This document shows, in pieces, positions 36,676 through 46,251 of a stretch of 64,000 bases of DNA. Every line of letters begins with the position of its first letter. The stretch's first letter is position 1. The notes beneath the pieces were generated by a model. The model made no database searches and had not been told where the DNA came from. It saw only the letters and a list, made by a program, of their open reading frames with translations. This stretch comes from Hormiphora californensis (taxonomy: Eukaryota; Animalia; Ctenophora). The stretch covers positions 7,068,001 through 7,132,000 of the forward strand of contig CM035350.1 of NCBI GenBank assembly GCA_020137815.1, in the 5' to 3' direction. The translations under genes and the position numbers were made by a program.

Positions 36676-38136
36676 ATGGTTGTTAACAACGCCTCCAACA
36701 TGATTCTAGACAACACACCTCTAGAGGAAGTCTTTACCAGGGTATCATCGCCCGTGTTGGAGAGGATTATACAGATTGTACAAAAGGAGCTAGAGAGGCG
36801 TAAGAGAGATGGAGTACCAGAAAAGGATCCGAATCAGTTTGTTACCCACCACGGGAGATATGTTTCTGATGAGGACCTCGAGATGATGAAATGGGAAGTA
36901 GGAGGATTAACTGGCAAGAATACCTGGCTAACTAACACTGGGTGTCCCTACGGGTGGGCCAATGTGGACCTGGCACCCAAGGACATAGCTAAATACCCGA
37001 ACATCGATAAGCTGATGGGGAGGATTAACAAGGAACAAGGGACTGAGTTTAACTCCTGCCTAGTCACTAGATACAGAAAAGGGGACGGCGTGGGATACCA
37101 CTCAGATTTCGAGACTTCGCTGGTGGACAACTCACCCATCACCGTCGTGACCGTCGGCAACGACGGTGCTGTAGATTTCATTCCCTACCTTGGAGATGGC
37201 AGGATGCGGCCTAAGCTGTCTATAACCACTAAGGATGGTGAGGCGTACACCATGAAGCCAGGGTGCCAAGAGCACTTTAAGCACCGTGCGCAAAAGGTTG
37301 AGCATGGCGTGAGATATGCCCTGTCTTTTAGGAAGAGGCACAAAACATCGCCTCCAGAACCAACTCCACCTGCACCAACCCCAGCTAAGTCCCAGAAGGT
37401 GCCCCAGTTCGCAGTACACCCGTCTCGGGTGGAAGCTCCAGCATCACAGATGACTTTGTCGCCAACCTCGCCGCCTGCCGTAGATGGGTATCAGGAAGAG
37501 AACTCTGTACTCCCTACCAGATCGCCCCTTCTACCAACACCAACACTGCCGAACCCCAGACCGACACCAAGGACACTTCTACTAGGAACCAGTATGACGA
37601 AGTGGATCCACGAGGACCCGGCGCTAGTGAACATCTCGATTTCAGGGGCGAGACTTTGTAGGCCGAATGAGAACTGGAGGGGGAGTTTGGCTATGGATAT
37701 GTTGAAAGGACTGGAAGTAACGCACCCATGTCTAGAGGTTAATAAGGTTATTTTGGCGTTTGGGACCAATGACATCAGATATTGGGGAGGGTTTGTAAGG
37801 TCGAGTAAGGGAAAAGGGAGTGTGTATAAGGCATATGTAGATTTAGTTAGGGAGGTTAAGAGAAGGTTTGGGGAGGATACCGAGATCGTTCTCGCTACGG
37901 TTATCCCTCTCAGACCTGATAGTGGTTGGATAGCGAGTAACGTGTTCATGTTCAATCGTATTGTGATGAGTGTAGGAAGGTCTTTGAATTGTGTAGTTTC
38001 GGATTGGACAATTGAGTTTTTAAATAATGAACTTAATTTTAATAGTGTTTTATTTTCGGAGGACGGAGTACACCTCAACAGTAATGGGTACAATGTGTTA
38101 AATGAGATTATGTATGAGGAGTTAGTTTTTAACTGA
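36676..38136 (+). CDS. LINE ORF1: short helical/coiled-coil N-terminus, AlkB-like 2OG-Fe(II) dioxygenase, Pro-rich linker and SGNH/GDSL esterase
   Basis: AlkB motifs: FNSCLVTRY, GYHSDFE (HxD), ITVVTVG, CQEHFKHR (distal H) and RYALSFR (Rx5R). SGNH blocks: LLLGTSM, ISGA, FGTND and EDGVHLN. Confidence 0.85.
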   Translation: MVVNNASNMILDNTPLEEVFTRVSSPVLERIIQIVQKELERRKRDGVPEKDPNQFVTHHGRYVSDEDLEMMKWEVGGLTGKNTWLTNTGCPYGWANVDLAPKDIAKYPNIDKLMGRINKEQGTEFNSCLVTRYRKGDGVGYHSDFETSLVDNSPITVVTVGNDGAVDFIPYLGDGRMRPKLSITTKDGEAYTMKPGCQEHFKHRAQKVEHGVRYALSFRKRHKTSPPEPTPPAPTPAKSQKVPQFAVHPSRVEAPASQMTLSPTSPPAVDGYQEENSVLPTRSPLLPTPTLPNPRPTPRTLLLGTSMTKWIHEDPALVNISISGARLCRPNENWRGSLAMDMLKGLEVTHPCLEVNKVILAFGTNDIRYWGGFVRSSKGKGSVYKAYVDLVREVKRRFGEDTEIVLATVIPLRPDSGWIASNVFMFNRIVMSVGRSLNCVVSDWTIEFLNNELNFNSVLFSEDGVHLNSNGYNVLNEIMYEELVFN

Positions 38137-38264
38137 TATCTTGATTTATAATATGAAATTTAATGATAACAATTCTCTGGGGTTTGGGGGCCGAGTTTTC
38201 ATCATTGTCCCCCAATTTCCCCATTTGTTAACCCATTCCTGAACCCTAAACCCATTCCCATTCA

Positions 38265-41200
38265 ATGATCAGTGTCGAACAATACAGAAAAGCTATTGGG
38301 GGTTTTGCGGGGGGTCTGGCTGGGGGGAAAAGGATAAAAATTGACAACACCGACAATAACAAAAGACAATACAATGAAACGACAGACATACTAATCTATC
38401 ATTTCCTCATATATATTTGTTACACAATTCTAATGATAGCTCTTTTAGGAATAATGCTCAGGAGTACCCCTCCACCCGTCAAGTTCAGAAAAGAAGGCCA
38501 ACTTGTGTCTTTTGATCTAAACTCATCATATATTTGGTATGCTAATTGTGTCCTATTCCTCTTCTTAGTCAAAGGTATGAGATATAGTAAGTATGCATAT
38601 CGATGTTATAAAAAGTTTAGGATTGCAGGCATTAATTTGTTCAAAGTCAGATGCAGATATACTATACTTGTTATGTTTGTTATGTCGTTAGCGAAAATGC
38701 TACTACTGAGAAGCCATCCTGACATCATTAATCCAGGGCCTGATAAAAAGTTGAACTTAGTGTATTGTAATGTTAACGGTCTGATAAAGATGCACACAAT
38801 AGGTGGGGATCAGCCTGAATTTCAGGCCTCTAAACTTAGGGATCTAAAAGCATACTTATTCACCTACTCGCCCGATATCGTTGTTTTAAATGAAACTTGG
38901 CTGAATAAATATATTAGTGAAGGGGAACTTATATCAGATAAATATTACTCTATATTTAGAAAAGACCGCACTGAGAAGGATATGAAAACTTTTAGTAAAA
39001 AAGGAGGTGGAGGAGTTTTAATACTATGTAAAAACAATATTGGAGTTGAGACAGAGTTAGTTAAAACGAAGACCGATTTACCAATAGTTACTATTCTTCT
39101 AAAGCATAAAAATATAGCACCCATTTGTATCTCGACATTTTATAGATATGATTATTCTGGATCGGAACACTTCAAAGAGGCGGAACGTTACTATACTAAT
39201 CTTGCCAAGAAGTTTAAGAATCTCACTATTATAGGGGATCTAAACCTAAGTTCGGTGGATAACTGGGACGTCCCAGTGTCAAATAATAGTACTCATGAGA
39301 GTTTTATCAATTTATTTTTATCTCTAGGCCTAAAATCTCTAGTTAATGTACCAACGCATAGGGATGGAAATATTCTCGACTTAATACTTACTAACATAGA
39401 AACTACTTATTCTAATGTTTTGCTCGAAGAGAATAGTCTTGTAAAGTCGGACCATCTTACACTAAAATGTGAGATAAATCTCAAAAAATCACGCCCTAAG
39501 TATAAAAATTGTAAGAAATTCTCCTATAGAAAAGCTGATTGGGACTCTCTAAATGAAGAGCTTTTAGGAATTGATTGGTTAGGACAGTTCAAGGATCTGT
39601 CAGCAGAGCAGTCCCTACAAGTCTTTAAGTCTAGGTTAGACATTGCACTACGTCATAATGTACCATTAGTCAATGTAAAAATTGGATCACAGCCACCTTG
39701 GTATGATGAAGAACTACGCCAACTTAAGAAATCGTTCGATAACTCTAGAAAAGCCTTCTTGAAAAATATAGATAGTATTGTTGCTAAAGAGGAATACGAA
39801 CTCAAAGAACATCAATACAGAACACTAGCAATAGAGAAAGAAACATCCTTTCTCGAGCTTTCCTCTATAGATGAACTTACACCAAATGCTAATGTATCAA
39901 AGAAATTTTTCAAACACGTAAAGTCCAAAACGAATAGCACTAGAATTCCTGAGAGAGTATACTTTAATAATAAATTTAGCTCTTCGAGTCGTCGTAAATG
40001 TGAAATGTTCAATGAATTTTTCTGTAATCAATTCACTGAATCTAGCACCTACAAAGAAACTGTTGATATTGATAGAGATCACACTAATGATTTTAACTCT
40101 GAGATATTTAGATTTGATGAGATTCTAAAGATTCTAAAAAAGTTGGATGCGTCAAAAGCAACAGGTCCAGATAATATTGATGGTGTTGTACTTAAGAAAT
40201 GTCATAAATCCCTAGCTTATCCACTCACCCTTATATTTAATAAATCATACTCAGAGGGATGTATACCAACAGAATGGAAAACCGCGAACGTTGTCCCAGT
40301 TTACAAGAAAGGGGAACGATCATGCGTTGAGAATTATAGGCCTATATCCCTGACTTGCCTTGTTATGAAAGTTTTTGAGAAATTAGTAAGAGAACGCCTG
40401 TATAAAGCCTGTCTAGAAAAAATAACTCCCTACCAGCATGGTTTTGTACCCTTGAAATCATGTACGTCACAACTGATTGAGTTTAATTGTGAATTAGCGT
40501 TGAACATAAATAACCGAAATCAAACTGATATAGTTTACTTTGACTTTCAGAAAGCATTTGATAGTGTATCTCATGATGTAATAATAAATAAGCTGAAAAA
40601 TGAGTTTAATTTAGGAGGTAAGATGTTGCGTTTCCTAATGAATTATTTATCTGGTAGGCAACAGAGGGTTGTGTTAGATGGGGATTTTTCAGAATGGGTA
40701 GAGGTTAGGAGTGGAGTTCCACAAGGATCAATACTAGGTCCTTTCTTGTTTGTGTTATTCATAAATGATATTGTTAATGTTTTAAGAGAAGATGATCTAA
40801 CTAAAATTAGGCTATATGCAGATGATCTGAAAATTTGGCGGGTTATAAATAGTGAAGAAGATAGTTTGCAGCCCGACATCGATAGTTTAGTGGAATGGGC
40901 AAAGGATAATAAAATGATATTCCATCCTAAAAAGTGTAAGCTGCTTAGGTGTACTAAAATTATTAAACAACGTCAATTAAATTATCACCTAGGCAGAGAT
41001 GAAATCAAATTATGTGAAAATGAAGTTGATCTAGGAGTCTCAACTAATCACAAGTTGTCGCCAATCGAACACCAGAAAAATGTTGTTTCCAAAGCTTCTC
41101 AAAGATTAGGACTGGTGAAGCGTGTAGGCGTATTAGTTAAATGTCCCCTTAAAAAGAAGAACCTCTACATTAGTCTAGTTAGATCTTTGTTCGAACACTG

Positions 41201-41678
41201 TAGCCAAATATGGCGTCCACAAAGTGAGTCAAGTCTGCTTAAGTTTGAACGACTCCAGAAACGTGCCACAAAATGGATATTCGGTGAAACAGATACCAGT
41301 TATAGTTTAGATACGTATATAAAGAAACTCAGGGAGATTGACGTACTCCCAATGACTCAAAAATTTCAATATAATGATCTTAAATTGTTCCATAAAATAT
41401 TCTATGAGACGTCTCCTATAAAACTCCCATCTTTCCTACAAAAATACAATCCGGAATTACATGACAGACGTGCCACCAGACAACAAACAAAACGAGACAG
41501 TACGGACATTATATGTACCGAACAACCCAGAGTAGACCTGTTCAAAAACTGTTACTTTTATCGCTGCCACCTTGAGTGGAACTTACTTCCTAAAGAACTG
41601 AGAAATACAGCTGAACACCATTTATTTTCCTCTAGACTGAAAGACCATCTCTGGAAAGCCTTACACGACATAACTTAA
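38265..41678 (+). CDS. LINE ORF2: hydrophobic leader, APE endonuclease and reverse transcriptase (no RNase H)
   Basis: APE motifs: YCNVNGL, VLNETWL, GGGVLI, IIGDLN, ILDLIL and SDH. RT motifs: KATGPDNI, NYRPISLT, QHGF, DFQKAFDSV, GVPQGSILGPFLF and LYADD. Confidence 0.97.
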   Translation: MISVEQYRKAIGGFAGGLAGGKRIKIDNTDNNKRQYNETTDILIYHFLIYICYTILMIALLGIMLRSTPPPVKFRKEGQLVSFDLNSSYIWYANCVLFLFLVKGMRYSKYAYRCYKKFRIAGINLFKVRCRYTILVMFVMSLAKMLLLRSHPDIINPGPDKKLNLVYCNVNGLIKMHTIGGDQPEFQASKLRDLKAYLFTYSPDIVVLNETWLNKYISEGELISDKYYSIFRKDRTEKDMKTFSKKGGGGVLILCKNNIGVETELVKTKTDLPIVTILLKHKNIAPICISTFYRYDYSGSEHFKEAERYYTNLAKKFKNLTIIGDLNLSSVDNWDVPVSNNSTHESFINLFLSLGLKSLVNVPTHRDGNILDLILTNIETTYSNVLLEENSLVKSDHLTLKCEINLKKSRPKYKNCKKFSYRKADWDSLNEELLGIDWLGQFKDLSAEQSLQVFKSRLDIALRHNVPLVNVKIGSQPPWYDEELRQLKKSFDNSRKAFLKNIDSIVAKEEYELKEHQYRTLAIEKETSFLELSSIDELTPNANVSKKFFKHVKSKTNSTRIPERVYFNNKFSSSSRRKCEMFNEFFCNQFTESSTYKETVDIDRDHTNDFNSEIFRFDEILKILKKLDASKATGPDNIDGVVLKKCHKSLAYPLTLIFNKSYSEGCIPTEWKTANVVPVYKKGERSCVENYRPISLTCLVMKVFEKLVRERLYKACLEKITPYQHGFVPLKSCTSQLIEFNCELALNINNRNQTDIVYFDFQKAFDSVSHDVIINKLKNEFNLGGKMLRFLMNYLSGRQQRVVLDGDFSEWVEVRSGVPQGSILGPFLFVLFINDIVNVLREDDLTKIRLYADDLKIWRVINSEEDSLQPDIDSLVEWAKDNKMIFHPKKCKLLRCTKIIKQRQLNYHLGRDEIKLCENEVDLGVSTNHKLSPIEHQKNVVSKASQRLGLVKRVGVLVKCPLKKKNLYISLVRSLFEHCSQIWRPQSESSLLKFERLQKRATKWIFGETDTSYSLDTYIKKLREIDVLPMTQKFQYNDLKLFHKIFYETSPIKLPSFLQKYNPELHDRRATRQQTKRDSTDIICTEQPRVDLFKNCYFYRCHLEWNLLPKELRNTAEHHLFSSRLKDHLWKALHDIT

Positions 41679-42277
41679 TTCGCTGCTGTGGTGTGGGCCC
41701 CTTTCTCTTCTTTTATCTTTACAGTAACTGTCCTTCTTCCGCACATAGCTTACATTGTACTCAAATTGAAGGTTTGGAGTGGTGTTGAACAGTTTGAAAC
41801 AAGATGGTGGACCCGCACCACAGATGTGAATTATAACTGATCTTAACATCTACCCAACAGTCGACATGACGTTAAATTCGGGGTATGGTTCATGGGGGAC
41901 TGGGAGGGAGGTAGGGGATTGGGAATCAAGGGTAAGTATTAAGTATAATTGTTATTATTAATGAGTGAAATAAATTTAGCTTACAACTAGTATAAGAGTG
42001 TGTTTTAGCCTTATAGCTACTTTTTTTAAATATTTTTAAATGAGTTTTTTAAGACGTAAGCACTCGCGCCTTAGGCTGCTAAACTATTAGTAAGAGTCAG
42101 TCGGGTATTTATTTAATGTGCAATTTGTACGTTTATATAATATCTTTTCAAATCAAAATCAAATCATGACGGACTATCCGACAAAGTTGAAGGAGTTTTT
42201 GGAAAGGAGTGATGAAAATACGAGGTGTATAGAACCTGAGCAGTGAACAAATCGTGGTGTGTTATTGTTATTGATTA

Positions 42278-42499
42278 CAGTGGTCATCCGACATAATTGC
42301 CACATCTCGACGTGAACTTCGACGTGGAATTCGACGAGAAATAGCAGGCGTTTGTAGTTATGAACGCCTGCTGTGCGCGGCAGATTGGCACGTGCGGCAT
42401 GGGCAGCAGGCGTTCATAACTACAAGCGCCTGCTATTCCTCGTCGAATTCCACGTCGAAGTTCACGTCGAGATATGGCAATTATGTGGGATGAACACTG
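42278..42499. mobile_element. 222 bp hairpin MITE with TTA flanks
   Basis: tta|cagtggtcatccgacataattgcc...ggcaattatgtgggatgaacactg|tta, with arms of about 95 bp. Confidence 0.85.
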
Positions 42500-42696
42500 T
42501 TATGTCAACTTGAAATGTTAAGATTCTCTCATATAATGCAGTACATGCTATTTGTAATACATTTATATTGAATTTCGTTTACTACCCAGAGTGTTTAAAG
42601 TGTATAGTTTACTACGTGTTTAAAGTTTAAAAAGACTTGCTTGTTTTCCACTTGTATTGCACTAACCTCCATACACACTCCTAGCAGGTGAACAAC

Positions 42697-44078
42697 ATGG
42701 AGTGTCCCTACGATATCCACCTCTCCAGGTTACTAACCCGACAAGGCAGTAACCCTGACCCCAACTTCGTTCCTAACCCTGACATGGTGGGTGCCCTCCA
42801 ATCTGAACAATGTAAAATCCTGGTAGTAGGAGCTGGGGGACTCGGCTGTGAGATCATTAAATGTCTTGCCATGACTGGTTTCAGGGTAGTACACGTTATT
42901 GACATGGATACAATTGACTTGTCCAATCTAAACAGACAGTTTCTCTTTACCCCCTCTGATATCGGGAAGCCGAAGGCTGAGGCAGCAGTTAGAGCGGTCA
43001 TGGATCGTGTCCCGGGGCTCAGTTACACAGCACACTACAACAAAATACAGGATTACGGTGATGACTTTTACCTGCAATTTAACATTGTCATCTGCTGGAC
43101 TGGACTCAGTTCAGGCACGAAGATGGATGAACAGTACTATTCTAAATATAGCTCTTGAAACAGGAAATATCATCCCCTCCTGGACGGGGGTACTGAGGCA
43201 TTTAAAGGGCATGTACGGGTTGTAGTACCCACCCATACTGCGTGTATTGAGTGCACAATGGATCTCTATACCCCGCAACGGAACTACCCCCTGTGTACTA
43301 TTGCTAACACACCTAGACTACCTGAACACTTGTGTTGAGTATGCTAAGATCGTGTTGTGGCCAAAAGAGTGGCCCTTTGGGGAGGGGGTCTCCTGTGGAC
43401 GGGGATAGTCATGAACATATTAGTTGGTTGTACAGCAGGGCATTGGAACGGGCTAACAGCTACTCAATACCAGGTATAGTTTAGTAAAATGACCGGGGGT
43501 GGGGAGAGGGTATAACGGTCAGATGAGATTGTATTTTATTAATAACTTGATATATCCATTAACTAACAACTCTCCCTCCCACCAGGTGTAACATTATCGC
43601 CTAACACAAGGCGTCACAAAGCGGAATTATCCCAGCGGTGGCTTCTACTAACGCCACAATAGCCGCAGCGTGTGTTACAGAGTGCCTGAAGATAGCCACA
43701 TCCTCCTACATGCATCTTGACAATTATATGTTGTTCAATAATGTTGAAGGGGTCTACACATTCAGTTATCCGTGTGAAAAGAAGGACGATTGTCTTGTGT
43801 GTAGTAAGGTGGTGAAAGAAGTGACTAGGGATCGAGATGGTACTCTTCAGGGACTATTGGATTATCTGAGGGATGAGCATTCACTACAAAACCCCATTAT
43901 CACCACCACTTCAACCGAGGGAGAGACTAGGACTCTATACATGTCAGCTATTGCCCAGCTGAAAGACAATGCTGAGAAAAAGTTGACAGAATTGAATTTG
44001 GTAGATTGCCAAGAGATAGTTGTAACTGACAGTAGTTTGAAATCTCCTGTTGTCTTTAGATTGAAATTTAATGATTGA
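42697..44078 (+). CDS. UBA3: NEDD8-activating enzyme E1 catalytic subunit. One intron (43474-43585) and several 1-nt indels that are probably sequencing errors.
   Basis: [53 protein letters not shown], the catalytic [33 protein letters not shown] and a C-terminal E2-binding domain, read across frameshifts near 43096, 43178, 43330, 43392 and 43594. Confidence 0.9.
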
Positions 44079-44183
44079 TATTTTTTATTAATTTGTGTTG
44101 TTTGTAAACCCGTTTCGTTCTCTGATCTCTCTCTTGTCCCCTAACTTTATTCCACCACACACAACATCTTTTTAGTTCAGGTC

Positions 44184-46251
44184 ATGTTCAGGGCGGTTCA
44201 GGTACTGAGGGTGAGTTCACCCAACCTGTGGGCTACCCAGATGGCGTACAGCGCTCCACGATTCTCCTCCACGATTATTTGTAAGTTATTTTCTGGGATG
44301 GATGGTGGTGCATCCTTTGCGCTTGTCAGCTCAGTGACTTGTTGTGAATTGGTACGCGCGCCCACCCCGCCATAATAAAACCATCATATTTCAGCAGTGC
44401 GCGCGCGGCATTATGTCCCTCAGCTGTGCTGTTTTCCAGATTTCGTATGTGACTTGTGCATGCTGAATAACTGCATATATTATCAGTGCAGTGTTGTGCA
44501 TAAAGACACGATTTATGTACTCTAATGTAACATACCTTATCTTTCAGCTAGTCGGAGGTTTGATTCTAATGTTGGAGACACTGGAAACAGGATTCTGGCT
44601 AAGTTTGGAACACCACGACAACTATCCGATGGGGCTGATAAAAAGCCAAGGAAGAAGAAGAAGAAGGGCAAGAAAGATCGATCGGTGAAAGAGGTTATGG
44701 ACAACGTGAAGACGGAGCAAATTGCGGCAGCTGAGGCGGCAGCAGCAGAAGTGGCGGCAGCAGAAGCGGCAGCAGCAGAAGCCGCAGCAGCTGAGGCGGC
44801 AGCAGCAGAAGTCGCAGCAGCAGAAGCGGCGGCAGCAGAAGCGGCAGCAGCTGAGGCGGCGGCAGCAGAAGCGGCAGCAGCAGAGGCGGCAGCAGCTGAG
44901 GCGGCAGCAGCAGAAGCGGCAGCAGCTGAGGCGGCAGCAGCAGAAGCGGCAGCAGCAGAGGCGGCGGCAGCAGAAGCGGCAGCAGCTGAGGCGGCGGCAG
45001 CTGAGGCGGCAGCAGCAGAAGCGGCAGCAGCTGAGGCGGCAGCAGCTGAAGCGGCAGCAGCTGAAGCGGCAGCAGCTGAGGCGGCAGCAGCTGAAGCGGC
45101 AGCAGCTGAAGCGGCAGCAGCAGAAGCGGCAGCAGCAGAAGCAGCAGCAGCTGAGGCGGCAGCAGCTGAGGCAGCAGCAGCTGAGGCGGCAGCAGCAGAA
45201 GCGGCAGCAGCAGAAGCGGCAGCAGCTGAGGCGGCAGCAGCAGAAGCAGCGGCAGCTGAGGCGGCGGCAGCAGAAGCGGCAGCAGCTGAGGCGGCAGCAG
45301 CAGAAGCGGCAGCAGCAGAAGCGGCGGCAGCTGAGGCGGCGGCAGCAGCAGAAGCGGCAGCAGCAGAAGCGGCAGCAGCTGAGGCGGCAGCAGCTGAGGC
45401 GGCAGCAGCAGAAGCGGCAGCTGAGGCGGCAGCAGCAGAAGCGGCAGCAGCAGAAGCGGTGGCAGCTGAGGCGGCGGCAGCAGAAGCGGCAGCAGCAGAA
45501 GCGGCAGCAGCTGAGGCGGCAGCAGCAGAAGCGGCAGCAGCTGAGGCGGCAGCAGCAGAAGCGGCAGCAGCTGAGGCGGCAGCAGCAGAAGCGGCAGCTG
45601 AGGCGGCGGCAGCAGAAGCGGCAGCAGCAGAAGCGGCAGCAGCTGAGGCGGTGGCAGCTGAGGCGGCAGCAGCAGAAGCGGCAGCAGCTGAGGCGGCGGC
45701 AGCAGAAGCGGCAGCAGCTGAGGCGGCAGCAGCAGAAGCGGCAGCAGCTGAGGCGGCAGCAGCTGAGGCGGCGGCGGCAGCAGAAGCGGCAGCAGCTGAG
45801 GCGGCAGCAGCTGAGGCGGCTGCGGCAGCAGAAGCGGCAGCAGCTGAGGCGGCGGCAGCTGAGGCGGCAGCAGCTGAGGCGGCGGCAGCAGAATCAGCAG
45901 CAGCTGAGGCGGCGGCAGCAGAATCAGCTCGGAAGGCCCAAGTGATGGAAGATGCGAGAGCGGCAGTTTTGTCTGGAGTTGACCCTGTTAAAGATGCCTT
46001 TACTGCCCTCCTCAGAGATCTTGATGTTGATGCTCTTCCCGGTAAGATTCATGTTGCCAGAACTCCAAATTTTGATTAGAAATGACTACTTCATGTTACT
46101 TGTATTACTAATTAATATGTTTCTAACCCCTCTCTCCCTCCCAGGTCTGTCAGAGGAGATACTGGTGGCTCACCAGGCTGATCTGGATCGAGTTAAGAAG
46201 ATGTACGGGGATGCTGATGACATTGACTCTTTCCCTGCCTTTAAATTTTGA
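44184..46251 (+). CDS. ATP5PF: Mitochondrial ATP synthase coupling factor 6 (F6)-like protein with a very long Ala/Glu repeat. Exons 44184-44280, 44548-46041 and 46145-46251 (565 aa).
   Basis: Exon 1 resembles a mitochondrial presequence (MFRAVQVLRVSS..). The introns are phase-compatible GT-AG. The C-terminus DPVKDAFTALLRD...LDRVKKMYGDADDIDSFPAFKF matches the F6 pattern DPIQKLF.DKIRE...L.KLKQMFG..DMNTFPTFKF. Confidence 0.72.
44724..45929 (+). repeat. Coding tandem repeat, 15 bp unit encoding EAAAA, about 80 copies
   Basis: Units are ga(a/g) gcg gca gca gc(a/t). Variant units are 12 or 18 bp, so the frame is preserved. Confidence 0.95.

Larger units (their letters stand above)
36587..42164 (+). 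mobile_element. Apparently full-length, intact CR1-group (CR1/L2/Crack-like) non-LTR retrotransposon, about 5.6 kb
   Basis: Short 5' UTR, two open ORFs, a 3' UTR and a (caaat/aaatc)n tail at about 42149-42165. Its boundaries are defined by the interrupted GDPD codons. There is no clear TSD, only at(c) microhomology. Confidence 0.92.
35703..42246 (+). pseudogene. GDPD1: Lysophospholipase D GDPD1/GDPD3-like glycerophosphodiesterase, split by a LINE insertion (coding parts 35703-36586 and about 42165-42246)
   Basis: It has an N-terminal TM segment, AAHRGGAGERLENTMAAF, LEIDVQLTLDGVVVVAHD and VFVLN..F. The frame ...GVDGI resumes after the LINE as MTDYPTKLKEFLERSDENTRCIEPEQ*, which is the canonical GDPD1 C-terminal motif. 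Confidence 0.88.

Noticed and set aside
35703-38136. Bacterial-style operon or contamination (GDPD followed by an AlkB ORF 16 bp later)
   Set aside because: The AlkB-esterase ORF lies inside the LINE boundaries defined by the split GDPD codons, and the neighbouring genes have spliceosomal introns.
42697-44078. UBA3 as a pseudogene or programmed-frameshift gene
   Set aside because: Several scattered 1-nt indels in an otherwise fully conserved, normally essential gene are best explained as sequencing errors. Read polishing would decide this.
44722-45945. 407-aa poly-Q/R ORF
   Set aside because: It is the shifted frame of the EAAAA repeat. It has no ATG, and the splice phases and F6 domain support the Ala/Glu frame.
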